DNA of 64,000 nucleotides from Eledone cirrhosa. Its lineage: Eukaryota. The translations under genes were made by a program, and so were the position numbers. Below, in pieces: positions 1 through 12,489 of the stretch (its first letter is position 1; every line of letters starts with the position of its first letter). The notes below the pieces were generated by a model that saw only the letters and a program-made list of their open reading frames with translations, had not been told where the DNA came from and ran no database searches. Where the stretch lies: contig OZ024743.1 in the NCBI GenBank assembly GCA_964016885.1, positions 39,370,001-39,434,000 on the forward strand, written 5' to 3'.

Positions 1-102
1 ATATGTGTGTGTATGTGTGTATATATATATGTGTGTGTGTGTATGTTTGTATGTGTGTATGTATATATATATATGTGTGTGTGTGTGTATGTATGTGTGG
101 GG

Positions 103-172
<70 letters not shown>

Positions 173-225
173 GTGTGTGTGTGTGTATGTATGTGTGTAT
201 CTGGATGTATGTGTATGTATATATA

Positions 226-264
<39 letters not shown>

Positions 265-412
265 GTGTGTGTATGTGTATATATGTGTGTGTGTGTATGT
301 GTGTATGTATATGTATGTGTGTGTGTATGTATGTGTGTATATGTATATATATATATATGTATATGTATATGTATATGTATGTATGTGTGGATGAAGGTAT
401 GTGTGTATATAT
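1..412. repeat. compound (TA)n/(TG)n microsatellite
   Basis: Alternating purine-pyrimidine dinucleotide runs. Similar tracts recur across the window, e.g. 915-1118, 1650-1737, 7420-7572, 17640-17836, 19970-20222, 31420-31780, 49570-49675. Confidence 0.97.
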
Positions 413-419
413 AGATGTA

Positions 420-910
420 AGTGCACTAAATCCCTTTCTATCACGCTCCACTCTCCTACCCACCACAGGAAGATATGTGTATGTATATTGCTTCCACCCC
501 CTCACTGACCAGCAGCTGGCCAGTTGGTGATTGCTAAATCTGACCTTTATAAAATAACCCACACCCCAAATAACTTCTCATTCACTACCAGAAAGGGACA
601 CAGCAGTCAACCTGTTGTTGCTACCTAGATGAAAACTGCTATGAAATCCCACAATAAATTTTATACTTGAATTTTCAAATCTCAAATTTTAACTCTTCGT
701 ATTATTAATTTTTCTTAATATTAATCAACATTTGAAAAGATGGCTTTTGCAGACCGATCGAAACCGGTCATTTTTTATACCCTTTATTATTTCCTTACCT
801 TATAAAATTAAGTTTTTTCACAAAAAAGTATTCTGTCTATTATATATTCCATGTACCATTACCAACCTCAATTTTCTCTATAACCTTCGTTTTGTGTGGA
901 AAATTACACT

Positions 911-914
<4 letters not shown>
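420..914 (+). mobile_element. probable PLE pLTR remnant with degenerate hammerhead
   Basis: Bounded by microsatellites. Contains TTGAAAA-GATGG..CCGATC-GAAA-CCGG-TC (~732-759), with palindromic stem III and GUC, but the CUGANGA core has decayed. Confidence 0.3.
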
Positions 915-991
<77 letters not shown>

Positions 992-1019
992 TGTATTTAT
1001 ATGTATATATATGTGTATA

Positions 1020-1120
<101 letters not shown>

Positions 1121-1646
1121 CGGAAAGTTGAATGAGAGTGGGAGAGAGATAGAAAGCAAGAACATTGGATGAAAGCGTTGCGTAAGTTACTGTAAACAAT
1201 GGATATTGTCACACACATAGACACATACATACTCACACACACCAATATATATATATATATATATATATCGATATGCAAATTAGGGTGCTCAGCCGTTAAT
1301 ATGCATAAGGAAAGTATATACTTTCAGACGTTCAACCATCTGGCAGGAAGGTATACGATGCTGACGATAGCTAATAAGCTGGAAACTAGTACGTCGTTCC
1401 TGTGTCAGTGTTGAACAAAAAGGTGACGTGGTTGCCTAAACACTGTACGGCGTAATTCGGGCTGATTGTTTGTTTACAAACAAACCGAGCATTATAATAA
1501 ATGTTCGGTAAACCGATACGTGCATATATATATGTGTGCATGTATGTATATATATATACATACTACTGTACTGCTGTATACATAAATGTATGTACGTATA
1601 CATACATACTTACATTTAACTAACTAATTTCGTTTCTTTCTATTCC

Positions 1647-1735
<89 letters not shown>

Positions 1736-1742
<7 letters not shown>

Positions 1743-3535
1743 ATACTTTGGGAGGGTCATGTTGGCAATAAGAAACACACGCACCATTGCTTTCACTTCA
1801 ATTTATTATATATTTATAAATTTATAAATTTACAAATCTACAAACTTATAAATTTCTGGCTGGTTGGTTGGTTCCACAACCAGATAGTTGTTTATATATA
1901 GTCATAGTCCTTTCGTCACACACTCTCTGACCTCTTCAGTGACTGGGGATTCCTTTCTTTGTTTCTGTGCCTTTCCTTTCTTCTGTCCTACGCCATTTTG
2001 TTTCTCTGTGTGTGTTGTGTGCTCAGTTTGCGCATGCGTCACATCCGGGTGTCTGTGTGTGTTTTTGTGTTCATTTATCTATTTGTTTATTTATTTATTT
2101 ATTTATTTACATGTTGTTGGTTGTTTGTTCTATGTGTGTGTGTGTTTTCATTTTGTCCTTAATTGTAAGTTGTGATGTTGCTGTTCCACTCATATTTTCT
2201 ATTTAATTTTGGTTGTAATTCTTTTATGCTTACTGCCTCTGTAATTTGCCTAAACATTGCATCTTTTCTGTGTGTGGATTCTATTTTTATTTCTATGTTC
2301 TCTAATTTACCCTTGTGCTCTATCTTAGCATGTTGGTAGAGCACAGATGATTCTTTATTATCTTGAAGGTCTCGCCAGTGTTCATTTATTCGTTCCCCTA
2401 TACTACGAGCTGTCTTACCTATGTACACTATATTTTTGTTTCTACATTGTCCTTCAGTACATCTTATGCTATACACTACATTTCTAGTTTTACAGTTAAT
2501 ATGGCGGCTTATTTTACAGGTTATACATTTCTTATCTATACATGAGGGTCTTTGGAACGGGTATGTCTTGCTAATAAGGGTTTTTACGGAGGTACCTGGT
2601 CTTTCTACTATCTTAATATTGAGTTTATGTTTATTTAGGGCCCTTCTAAATTTGTAGGCTAGTTCGCCTCTAGGGGTTGTATTGATGAACATTACACTCT
2701 GGTATTTATTGCTATCATACCATGAGTTTATTCTATTGGCCTTGTTCCTAGTTCTTTCTATTCTATTCCAAAATTTGCTCCTATACAAGGGGCAGGTCCC
2801 ATTTATGTCATTATTTACCATTTTTTCCCATTTGGTTCTGGCTCCTCTATACACTCTGATTCTATCTCTCTGATTGTAGCCAGAGAACTGCATACGGTGT
2901 ATGAAGTGTTGTATGTGTCTCTCTAGTTCTTCGGGGTTGCACATGCGGGACACATTTCTCATCACCCGTACCAAATCCGCAATCAGTATGTTGATTTTGG
3001 TATGGTCCGAAATGGCCGAGTTTCGGTGGATCAGATGTTTGGAAGCCATGGGTTTGGCGTAATGGGAATGGAGGATTTGTTTTTGGTTGTTAATGGTATC
3101 TAACCAGAGCTCTGTGTCTAGTACAGGTAATCGATGGTTGGGGTGTCTACTTGGGTAGTCTATAGTAACTCTAATGCTCTGGTGGATGGAGTTTGCTATT
3201 TGCTGTATGCTTTCCATTGTGTTTTTCTCTAGTTCCTGACTGTTCTTTAGTGGGGGTGTCTTAACTACGATGTTTATATCATCTACGTAGCGGGAGTACA
3301 TTATCAGGGTTAAGCTGTCTTCTAATTGTTCTTTAAGTTTTTGTTTAAGTCTACTGTCCCACCATACCATGAATAAGTTAGCTATGTCGCCTGTAATGCT
3401 AACACCAATGGCTGCTCCTTCCTCTTGGGCATATGTTTTACCATTAAATTTGAACATATGTTCCTTAAGGGTTAATTTTATGCTGGCCCCTACCGCATGT
3501 GCAATCATTTTCTTCAGTTCATCGTGGTTTTCGGT
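1736..3535 (-). mobile_element. Penelope-like element family A, 5'-truncated copy with complete 3' pLTR, ending in (TA)n
   Basis: RT plus GIY-YIG ORF followed by a ~425-bp pLTR ending ...CATGACCCTCCCAAAGTATAACAAT, the end shared with the other complete pLTRs in the window. Confidence 0.92.
1900..1944 (-). ncRNA. minimal type I hammerhead ribozyme in PLE-A pLTR
   Basis: Minus strand reads AGTCA-CTGAAGA-G-GTCA(GAGAGTGTG)TGAC-GAAA-GGAC-TA-TGACT: 5-bp stem I, intact core, CUA cleavage triplet. Confidence 0.75.
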
Positions 3536-3568
3536 ACTTTCTTGCGTATATCTTAGCCCATAAGACAA
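2159..3568 (-). CDS. PLE reverse transcriptase (C-terminal half) plus GIY-YIG endonuclease; uninterrupted but 5'-truncated ORF
   Basis: RT motif B region (QEEGAAIGVSITGDIANLFM), motif C (YSRYVDD), Cys linker (CIDKKCITC), then VVYSIRC..YIGKTARS..R..EH..H..EH..LNRKYEW. Motif A is absent and the first ~10 codons come from flanking DNA. Confidence 0.88.
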   Translation of the reverse strand: MSYGLRYTQESTENHDELKKMIAHAVGASIKLTLKEHMFKFNGKTYAQEEGAAIGVSITGDIANLFMVWWDSRLKQKLKEQLEDSLTLIMYSRYVDDINIVVKTPPLKNSQELEKNTMESIQQIANSIHQSIRVTIDYPSRHPNHRLPVLDTELWLDTINNQKQILHSHYAKPMASKHLIHRNSAISDHTKINILIADLVRVMRNVSRMCNPEELERHIQHFIHRMQFSGYNQRDRIRVYRGARTKWEKMVNNDINGTCPLYRSKFWNRIERTRNKANRINSWYDSNKYQSVMFINTTPRGELAYKFRRALNKHKLNIKIVERPGTSVKTLISKTYPFQRPSCIDKKCITCKISRHINCKTRNVVYSIRCTEGQCRNKNIVYIGKTARSIGERINEHWRDLQDNKESSVLYQHAKIEHKGKLENIEIKIESTHRKDAMFRQITEAVSIKELQPKLNRKYEWNSNITTYN

Positions 3569-3864
3569 ATCACATGTATTGTGACGCCCTATCGGTAAAC
3601 CAAATTCATGAAGATATGTTAATCTTTATATAATCAAACATATATAGGGTGGCTCATAAGTAGTTTCAACATTTAATAATTCAATTAATACTAGCTTACA
3701 AATAATTTATTATGAATGTATATTCCAGTTTCGAAAATTTCTATTTCTGGAATTTCCCATGAAAAATGGTAAAATAAGTATTTAATAATATTTTGGTGGT
3801 AAAGTTAAATATGGTTTACTCCGTAGAATGACTAAACAAGATAATTACACTTTTTATGGTTTAA

Positions 3865-4077
3865 AGAAGAAGAAGAAGAAGAAGAAGAAGAAGAAGAAGA
3901 AGAAGAAGAAGAAGAAGAAGAAGAAGAAGAAGAAGAAGAAGGATGAGGAGGATGAGGAGGATGAGGAGGATGAGGAGGAGGAGGAGGAGGAGGAGGAGGA
4001 GGAGGAGAGAAGAAGAAGAAGAAGAAGAAGAAGAAGAAGAAGAAGAAGAAGAAGAAGAAGAAGAAGAAGAAGAAGAA

Positions 4078-4108
<31 letters not shown>

Positions 4109-4275
4109 AAGAAGAAGAAGGAGGAGGAGGAGGAGGAGAAGAAGAAGAAGAAGAAGAAGAAGAAGAAGAAGAAGAAGAAGAAGAAGAAGAAGAAGAAGAA
4201 GAAGAAGAAGAAGAAGAAGAAGAAGAATTCGGCTCGGCAGATTCTTCTTCTTCTTCTTCTTCTTCTTCTTCTTCT
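3865..4275. repeat. (GAA)n/(GAG)n polypurine tract followed by short (TTC)n
   Basis: Directly visible trinucleotide arrays. Confidence 0.97.
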
Positions 4276-5000
4276 CCCTATATCTCTTGGAAGTATTGTC
4301 AGGCGGATTCCTCAAGAAGCACGCCTTCCAGTGGATCCTGTCAAAAGCAACAGTCTCCAAATTATCTGACAGGATACCCAAGCGACACCAGATAATCTTA
4401 TGAATGTTATTCAACCATCTTGCTAGCATTGGGTTTTTTAGTTCGGTTATTTTTTACATATTATCTGTCCAGTGATTCTTCTCTGCTACGTTCTCATCAC
4501 ATCTATAATATAGGAGCTGTAATTTCTAAATTTGGTTCAGTAACGGCACTACATCAAAGGATTCTCTGATCTCTGAGCTCTGCACTCTAACAAATAACAT
4601 TACACAAAAAACCCGTCGCAGGAACCTCATTTCAACTGCTTCTGCTCACGCTTATATTCCTTAGGTCATTGATCAAGATTTGTGACATGTAAAGGTTGGC
4701 ACGAATACTTAATTGAATAGCGGGTGTAGGTTTTACACATACCTCCATTTTCTTGATGATCAACTTGACTCATTCCTACACTAGTTCCTTAAATTCTTGC
4801 ATTTAATTTGGCTGCCAGCGTTCGATTACGCGTGAACATTGCACCAAGATACTTGCATTTCCACATGCTTCAGTGGACCTCAGTTCCTATGTAGAATGCA
4901 CTGCATAGGCTTCCATAAGAGGTTTTTATAGCACGTATGTTTGTTCATGCCGTACAGTAAACGGCAGCAAATCTATAAAGAGCATGTCGGAGTACACCTT
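4242..5000 (-). mobile_element. degenerate RTE-clade LINE 3' part with (GAA)n tail
   Basis: Minus strand gives PLKHVE..KYLGAMFTRNRTLAAKLNARI (RT thumb-like) and terminal AFDRIHWK followed by (GAA)n. Confidence 0.5.
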
Positions 5001-6381
5001 CCTACGAAACTCTCGATACTCCTGCAGAACTTTGAACAATAGGTCGCGTATGTTTTCTCATCGTTTGCCTTTCAAGTATACACATCTTGAAAATAGTCCC
5101 ATGATTTCTCAAATACCTACCGCAGCGTAAATATTCGGTCGGTTGCGCTTCTATGAAACTGATTCAATAGATGTATTCTTATTCTTTGGAATTCACGCAA
5201 CGTTGACTGCAATAGACCTTCGTGAAGATATTTTAGTGTGGTGATTCTTATTCACTTCCGAAATGCTACCTGTTCTGAATTTGTAATCTTAGTGCAGGCA
5301 TACTTTAAATAATTCGCTAGGCTAACACGATATCATACAAGAGCCTCACCACTCAACTTAATAAGACTGAAACAAACACTTGATAAGTCCATCTAGCACG
5401 GATATGTATTATAGACATTTCGTGACTTGGTAGTAATATCTACAAGAAGTGATTGTAAATAATCTAGACCAATGCAGTATTCCATTTCATGTACCAATGT
5501 TTAATTAATCCTATTAGAGTAGTATTTAAGGACACACAAATTACCTTTTCCTGAGGTCTTGTTAGTTGAAGTGTATTTTGATAAACTATCTTTAATCGTT
5601 TTACGCAAGAAATCTAAATCTACTGACGTGCATTATGGCAAACGAGATATACCTGAACATTAGTCACTGTAAGTGATAGGATTATCGATTTAGATGGAGC
5701 AGAAACAGTTATACACACACTTATACTTAGCAATATAAGTATAGTATGAGCAATACGCATTCTTTGCTGAGAAGCCATTAGAATGATATAAATTTAGAAT
5801 AACGTTAACTTGCGTGAGTGTACTAACTGGCTACAATTGCAAATATCCAAAAATACAAATATCATAGAGAAAAAATGTTAATATCGATAATAGGATTTAC
5901 ATCTAAATGTAAATTATATATTCAGATATATCATTAGTGAAATGTGTTTTTGCATTAAAATTTACTCTAGGTTGAAGTTTATTCTAATAGCTAATATATA
6001 GTGTAAAGACGATTGGCTGGAAACAACGGGTAAATTAACCTAACAAATTATTTTAAATTCATAAAAGAAAGAAAATATAATATAGACATTGATACCATCA
6101 GTTTCGGTGATGAGCGTTGATTTGTGCAATCAAGGGACAGCCGAACTCCTTAATGAGTGCGATTGATAATTCCACAAACATGTGTCTATTTTACATAATT
6201 TAAAACCAGATAAAATGTCATTAGGCTGAATATGTGCATTAGTGTTAGAATCTATCCGACAGGTTTCAGCTGGGTGTCGTTGTATCCAATTTCATTCAAA
6301 AGACTTGTGGTTAACATTGGCTACGACATAGGAAGCGCCGTTGGCTAAAAGTAGAACATAATGATTGTGACGCGAACTTAC

Positions 6382-6486
6382 TGAACCCTCAGTCATATCT
6401 GCCTTCCTAATGTTTAGCACCAATACGTGTATAGATGACACTACACAATTATTACATATGGTCAATTTAGAAACTAGATATGACAC
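6382..6486 (-). other. candidate 105-nt exon of unknown transcript
   Basis: Minus strand has a CTAAT branch-like site and TTTTTTAG acceptor, 105 nt open only in phase 0, then a GTAAGT donor. Confidence 0.3.
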
Positions 6487-6549
6487 CTAAAAAAGTATAT
6501 ATTAGTGTAAGATCTATCTCTCTATCTATCTCTCTATCTCTCTCTCTCA

Positions 6550-6640
<91 letters not shown>

Positions 6641-6644
<4 letters not shown>

Positions 6645-6831
6645 ACGAAGGAAATGTGGTAAGGAACCAGGTGGACCATAACGCACCAAAGTACTCAATA
6701 CTTAGGGTAGTAGAGTGGGTAATAGGAACACGTAAGACTCCGACGGCTGAGCTCAAGACGTTTCGACGGCTAATTCCGTCCAGAATTAGCCGTCGAAACT
6801 GCTTGAGCTCAGCCGTGGGGTCTTACTTGTT

Positions 6832-6836
<5 letters not shown>
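6641..6836. mobile_element. small fold-back PLE pLTR remnant in (TA)n
   Basis: Inverted arms 6722-6776 and 6783-6836. The minus arm carries a hammerhead 3' half, GACGG-AATTAG-CCGTC-GAAA-CG-TC, and has an extra ~80-nt tail. Confidence 0.55.
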
Positions 6837-6879
<43 letters not shown>

Positions 6880-7509
6880 GAGGAGATATACATACATACA
6901 TACACATATATATATACATATACAAGTGGAAGCTTAGTAAAATCGAAGCTTTGACTGTGGGCAAGCAAAGTCTAACTACAATATGAATGAGTTAGCAAAG
7001 CACTCAATAAGGGTAGGTCCTTAGAGTAATAACATACGTTTAAATGGCTTAAAATTTTGAACATTGCGGTAGGCAAAAGCCAACTACTCAATACCAAAGT
7101 AACGAAAGAACTAACAGGTTAAAAGATACACCTGGACAAATCAAACGATATACGTCTAAAGTGTTTCTATGAAATCGAAATCATTAATCCAACTTACGTA
7201 ACACGCACGCTCGTGGCATTCCGTGAGATAACAGAGGATTCATTTCATGAACAGTGATTCTGTTCTGCCACAAATCGGAGTGGAACAAACTAAATGGAGC
7301 CGCTAAGAATGCAGCCAGAAAACATGTAGTTGTCACGTGTTATTTCCAACAAGGGAAGCAACCCTCGGTTTTTGGCGGGTAAATTCAAAGTGTTAAAGGA
7401 TATATAATTTCCGCTATAGATATATGTATATGCGTGTGTGTGTATGTGTGTGTGTGTGTATGTGTGTGTGTGTATGTGTGTGTGTGTGTGTGTGTATGTG
7501 TGTGTGTGT

Positions 7510-7542
<33 letters not shown>

Positions 7543-9165
7543 GGTATGTGTGTGTGTGTGTGTGTGTGTGTGTAGGGAGCCTCTGTTGAGGAATAATCAC
7601 GATTGTATTTGCAACAAAATATTTCTTAAGCTAACAAATCCTATATATAATTATGTTATGATTGTCAGTGATGATACTCTTATATCCAGGCTAAAGTGCA
7701 TACAATGGGGCTGAAAAAGATTTTGCAAAACATCTCATAGGAATATATGTGAAAATAAAATGAGAAAAATAAAACAAGAAAAACAAAATTGATTTAGGGG
7801 AGACAACGCTGCCATTTAGAAGACAAATCTTGAAATCAATCTGTTTATTAGATACACACATATTATCAATAATACCAACATGCCTGTATATACGCACCCA
7901 CTATGTAATGTAGCAAACTTCGTAGTTAAGCGAACACCAATATGACTATTTTATATAAATAAGGTTAGCGTATCAACACACCAGATAAACGGATAAATAA
8001 GGGAGAAACATTGGGTTGGAGGGAACATGAAGAAAGAAAGAAAACGATGAGAAAAGTAAAATTGGTGTATAAAGATACGTTTGCGTTTAGAGAGAAAATG
8101 CTAGTGTATGGTAACACGGTTTCAGTAAGGATGACATGCATATAAATGGAATGAGAGACGTTGTGAGTGAGGTTTTTTAACAATAAGGTATGACATTCTA
8201 AACTATTGTTAAGGTTGATTTTTTCCGTTTAGCTGTGTGTTTTGTTTCCAGCAACGTAAATATTTGTTGATGTATAAGCTGTTCCTCAAAATCTCACATT
8301 GTATGTTAAGGCTTTCTTTAGATTAGGTTAAAGGCTGGATTAGTTAGATTTTCTCACTCACAGAAAGCCAATATTTCTTCAATTCTTAATACATGTTTGC
8401 ATACATAGCTCCAAAGATATATGTTGCTACGGCGATAAAGAGTGAAGAATGTAATAAATGGCGAGTTCTCAAAGTAGTAGAAAATATGAAATAAGAAAAT
8501 TGAGAATGATTATTTTGAACGTGAAACTATTGTAAGACTATTTTTATAGATACAAGTATATGTATGTTAAACTAATCTTCTACTCTGAAGTGAAATATAT
8601 AATACATGAAACGTAGACAGTGATTTGCTATATATAAATGCTTATACTTTGAAAGTGATCTATGCTATAAAAGTCAGCGACAGATGGCGGTCAGGTCACA
8701 CTATCATAAGCCGCTAACTACGAAATTGTGAAGAAAAGAAATCTCGGAATAGATGCAGCCATTGAAATTAGAAATACTTCTAAAATTAAGGTGGTACAGA
8801 CCGATGTCAAATCCTGTTTTTGCAACAATACCTTTTACAAATAATGTATAGTAAGAAAATTCCCATATAGAATTATAGCCATAGAATATAAAGAAAGGAC
8901 TTTAAAGTTAGCTATTGTCATAGCTTTTCTTTGACATAGACTTAAAAACGTATTAGATCTTACAGTTCCGATTAACCACGACAGCATGTTATTAGAGAGT
9001 GTTAAATCATCTAAATAAACATATACTTTAAATAGTTATAGCATTATTAAATGCAATTCGCAATATTCATACACGTTTCCTTTTGGCTTTTAATTCGCAG
9101 ACTCTATTTCTGGTTTTATGTAAAATGATGTATTGTGTGTTTAGTGAAGCATCTGCAAGTTATAG

Positions 9166-9210
<45 letters not shown>

Positions 9211-9211
<1 letters not shown>

Positions 9212-10120
9212 TAGCAGAAGTACCCGGCGTGTAGCCCGTGTGTAAGTCGACCTTTTCTCTTTGGTTAAAATGTGTGAAAGTTACTTCCCGCTCATCACAG
9301 GTGCAACGTTGTTGTTGGGGTACACGCTGATGTTGGTGTTGTCTACACCAAAGAAGGTCATCATGAAAGAGGAGTTGTATGTCCACATGCCACGGGGGAA
9401 CGTTGTAGCCGTATTGTTGTCACCTGTAGGTAGATTCAGAAGAACGTCTGGCGGGTCAGCCAATGCTTCTAGTTGCACCTTACCTCCAGCACAGCACATA
9501 GAAGGCGCCTCGCCTTGCCACTTCATTGCCTTGCAGGATGTACAGACATTATCCATTTTGCCAATGGAAACTGTAGGCAGAAGTCCATAATCCTCAGAGG
9601 GGTTATATCTGAAGGCTGCTTTTACTCAGCCTGAGCTCTTGGCAGCAGTAGTTAATGTATGTCGAGAACACTTAGCAGCAAGCATGTTGTCTCTGTATGC
9701 CGTGGACTCCTCTGCAAGCGCTTGCTGTCGACGAAGGCGAACCCCAGCAAGCCTCGTCTGACGGGATGTTGGTGACTCCTGTGCAAGCGCTTGTTGGTGA
9801 CGAAGGCGAACGCCAACAAGACGCGTTGTACAGGATGTTGATGACTCCTCCGCCAGCGCTTGTTGGCGACGAAGGGGAACACCAGCAAGCCGCATCGTAT
9901 GGGATGTTGGTGACTCCTCCAGCAGAGCTTGTTGGCGACGAAGGCGAATACCAGCAAGCCTCATCGTACGGGATGTTGATGACTCTTCCGCAAGCGCTTG
10001 TTGGCTACGAAGGCGAACATCAGCAAGCCTTATCGTACAGGATGTTTGTGACTCAACCAGCCGGGAAAGACGTCTATCAGGGAGTCGAGATTCGCGCTTA
10101 GCAGGTGTTTCCTAGAGAAA
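9211..10120 (-). mobile_element. Helitron internal-deletion derivative (Rep N-terminal region plus 3' terminus)
   Basis: Encodes MDNVCTSCKAMKWQGEAPSMCCAGGKVQL..PPDVLLNL..G..F....YNSSFMMT, the Helitron Rep N-terminal Cys motif. The minus strand ends in a GC hairpin then CTAG|T at 9211. 5' end not defined. Confidence 0.8.
9690..10060 (-). repeat. 69-bp coding tandem repeat (23-aa STPR-like units) in Helitron ORF
   Basis: GCTTG(T/C)TG..ACGAAGG anchors at 9720, 9789, 9858, 9927, 9996; peptide unit RLAGVRLRRQQALAEESPTSxxT. Confidence 0.8.
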
Positions 10121-10551
10121 TTTAATTAATGCCACTGGTTAGCTAACCCAAAGGCGCTGTGCCAATAGTAAATGAGAAAAGTGTAATATGAACAAAAAGG
10201 AATCAAGGTAAGACATTAAATTTAATATAACTACGATTAAAATGGTGTAGTTGCTTAAAAGTGGTGACAGTTAGGATAAACGCAGTGCTTGCTAAAATTA
10301 AGGGAGAATATTGCATAAAGGATTAACCAATTGTGAATGAACGCATACCTGAGAATGCCTAATTCGTCGACTCAAAGCAGTAGTTGTATCTTTTTTGGAG
10401 GTAAGTCTTCAACGTTTCCGTGTGGGCATAACGACAAATAACGAAGCTGTTAGCTTAGAGAGTGGTGATTAAGTACAGAGAGAGCTGACACCAGATTCGA
10501 TAGCATGGTTACTGGTGAATGGAAGGGTTTGGAAATATGATTATAATAACT

Positions 10552-10810
10552 TACCGAATTTTCTGGCCTATAAGTTGCACTTAAAATACCTAAATTTCAT
10601 CAAAACACAGCTCTGCGCTTTATACTCCGGTAAACCTTATGTATAAATAATACAATGGAATCAACCACCGCTCTAACAGAAGTAATAGATCTAGACTAAA
10701 AGTAAAGAAGATAGCATTTTCCTGGTTGGAATTACACGCCGTTGCGCGGACCTGATTTTAAATGATACGCCTTATATCCCAGTGAGCCTTATAGAGCGGA
10801 AAATACGGTA
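10552..10810. mobile_element. Tc1/mariner-superfamily (Tc2/pogo-like) MITE
   Basis: Imperfect TIRs with TA TSD: TA-CCGAATTTTCTGGCCTATAAG ... CTTATAGAGCGGAAAATACGG-TA. Confidence 0.7.
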
Positions 10811-12489
10811 TCTATTGCAAAATAATACGAATCAATGACCAAGGTGTGACAAAATTGGCGTCTATACAGTGCCTGAAACAAACTTGTCCAAAACCCTGGG
10901 ATCTTTCTCGTTAAGTATCCACACAAAAGGAACCGTTTCTTAGTTACAAAAAATAACCAAAGTGAATAATAGCTATATTTCTGACATATCATGCCAAAAT
11001 GAACAATATATTCAAAAAATATTCTCAAGTACATCCAATCTCTGTTTTTGACCGATGTCTCAATGAGCAAATTATAAATGTTTTATTAGCTGTTAGTGTT
11101 TATCCGCATGCAGGTGTGTACGTGTGCGCAATTAATTGTACTGCCTGCAGATGGTCTATGACAACTAATTAAAAAAATTAAAGAACAATAGCAATTTGCA
11201 AATATGCTCATAACATTTAGTCGTAAACAGAACAAGAAATGCCATTAGAGGTGGGCTAATAATGGAAAAGACAAAGCATGGCGAACTTACGTTTAAAAAC
11301 CCGAAAACTTACTCACTTCCTGTGCAGTCTGTTATGAATTAAGCAATTTTTTATAACCTTTTGTTTAAAAGAGGAAAAAATTGGTACGGACGTAACATTT
11401 TTTAGAACTTTGTATGTGTCCAATACAACTTGGTCAAAGTATTATTTAGTAATTTTTTTCCAAAAGCATGATTATTTAAGACTGTTTGAAAATTTACTCA
11501 CCGCTTTTAGCTTTTGGCATCACAAAAGACACCATTAAATTGAGTTTCCTTTCAGATAGGGATAATACTGTATTTGCACTTGAATAAGGGGGAATATGAA
11601 AAGTTTAACGCTAAGATGTCGACAATCCCCTAGTCCCATTGGGGATTTTTAAATTTAAGGAAGGCGAAAAACGAATTAAATTTAACTGAAATGGCATGCA
11701 AGTAGTCTAAATAAATAAGCACTAACTCATCGATAAGTAAGTTGGCAAATTCTGTAAAGGTCCGTTTAGTGAGACGGCCGGATTTATTGTTGTTCACAAA
11801 AAGCGGATACACGCAAAGAGAAAAAGCGGTTCGCACGTGCGTGCATACCTGTTTGTGTATCTATCGTTGAGAAAACATACTGCTCGTGGTATAGACAGGC
11901 CGTCCAAGCAATAACGCGCGTGAGTCACAGTGTGTGCGTGCTTATATGGGCATATAAAATTGATTTTGATTGCACCAGGTATAAGCTAAAAGTGCTTTAG
12001 TTAGAATACATACACATTAAATTTCATTGAAATCGAAAGATTTTTGAAGAATAAAAAAAACACATTCTGCCTTATATTTTGTTGACTGTACACTTATTTA
12101 AGAATTAAGAATTCTACTTAAAGAACCCTGAATATCTGTTTGTAAAGCCTTCCATTTTCCCATAAAGAAAGGCGTAGATTTGCATATTTCAACACTATTG
12201 CGCCATTGATAATTAAATTATGAATAATTGTCTGCCCTAACTCTTAAAGGTCTCAGTTACCGCATGATTTATGAGTTTAAAACACTTTCCGAATGTTTGC
12301 AGCCTTTGTGTAACTCCTAATGGATCTATTGTGGTAATATCAAATTTCATTGACATTGGATGAATTCTGAAAATATCGATTTTTGCTTCTGTGGGTCCGA
12401 TTATCGATATTTTGAAAATTTCAAGTACCCTACGTTGATCCGCGAATCAAAATACATACCTGTATGAGAAATGCGTAGAAATGATCATG

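Noticed and set aside
3828-4429. 191-aa poly-K/E/R and poly-L/S/F ORFs
   Set aside because: Artefacts of trinucleotide repeats.
9690-10060. CRISPR-like regular repeats
   Set aside because: Whole 69-bp units are homologous with no unique spacers; they are coding repeats in a eukaryotic Helitron.
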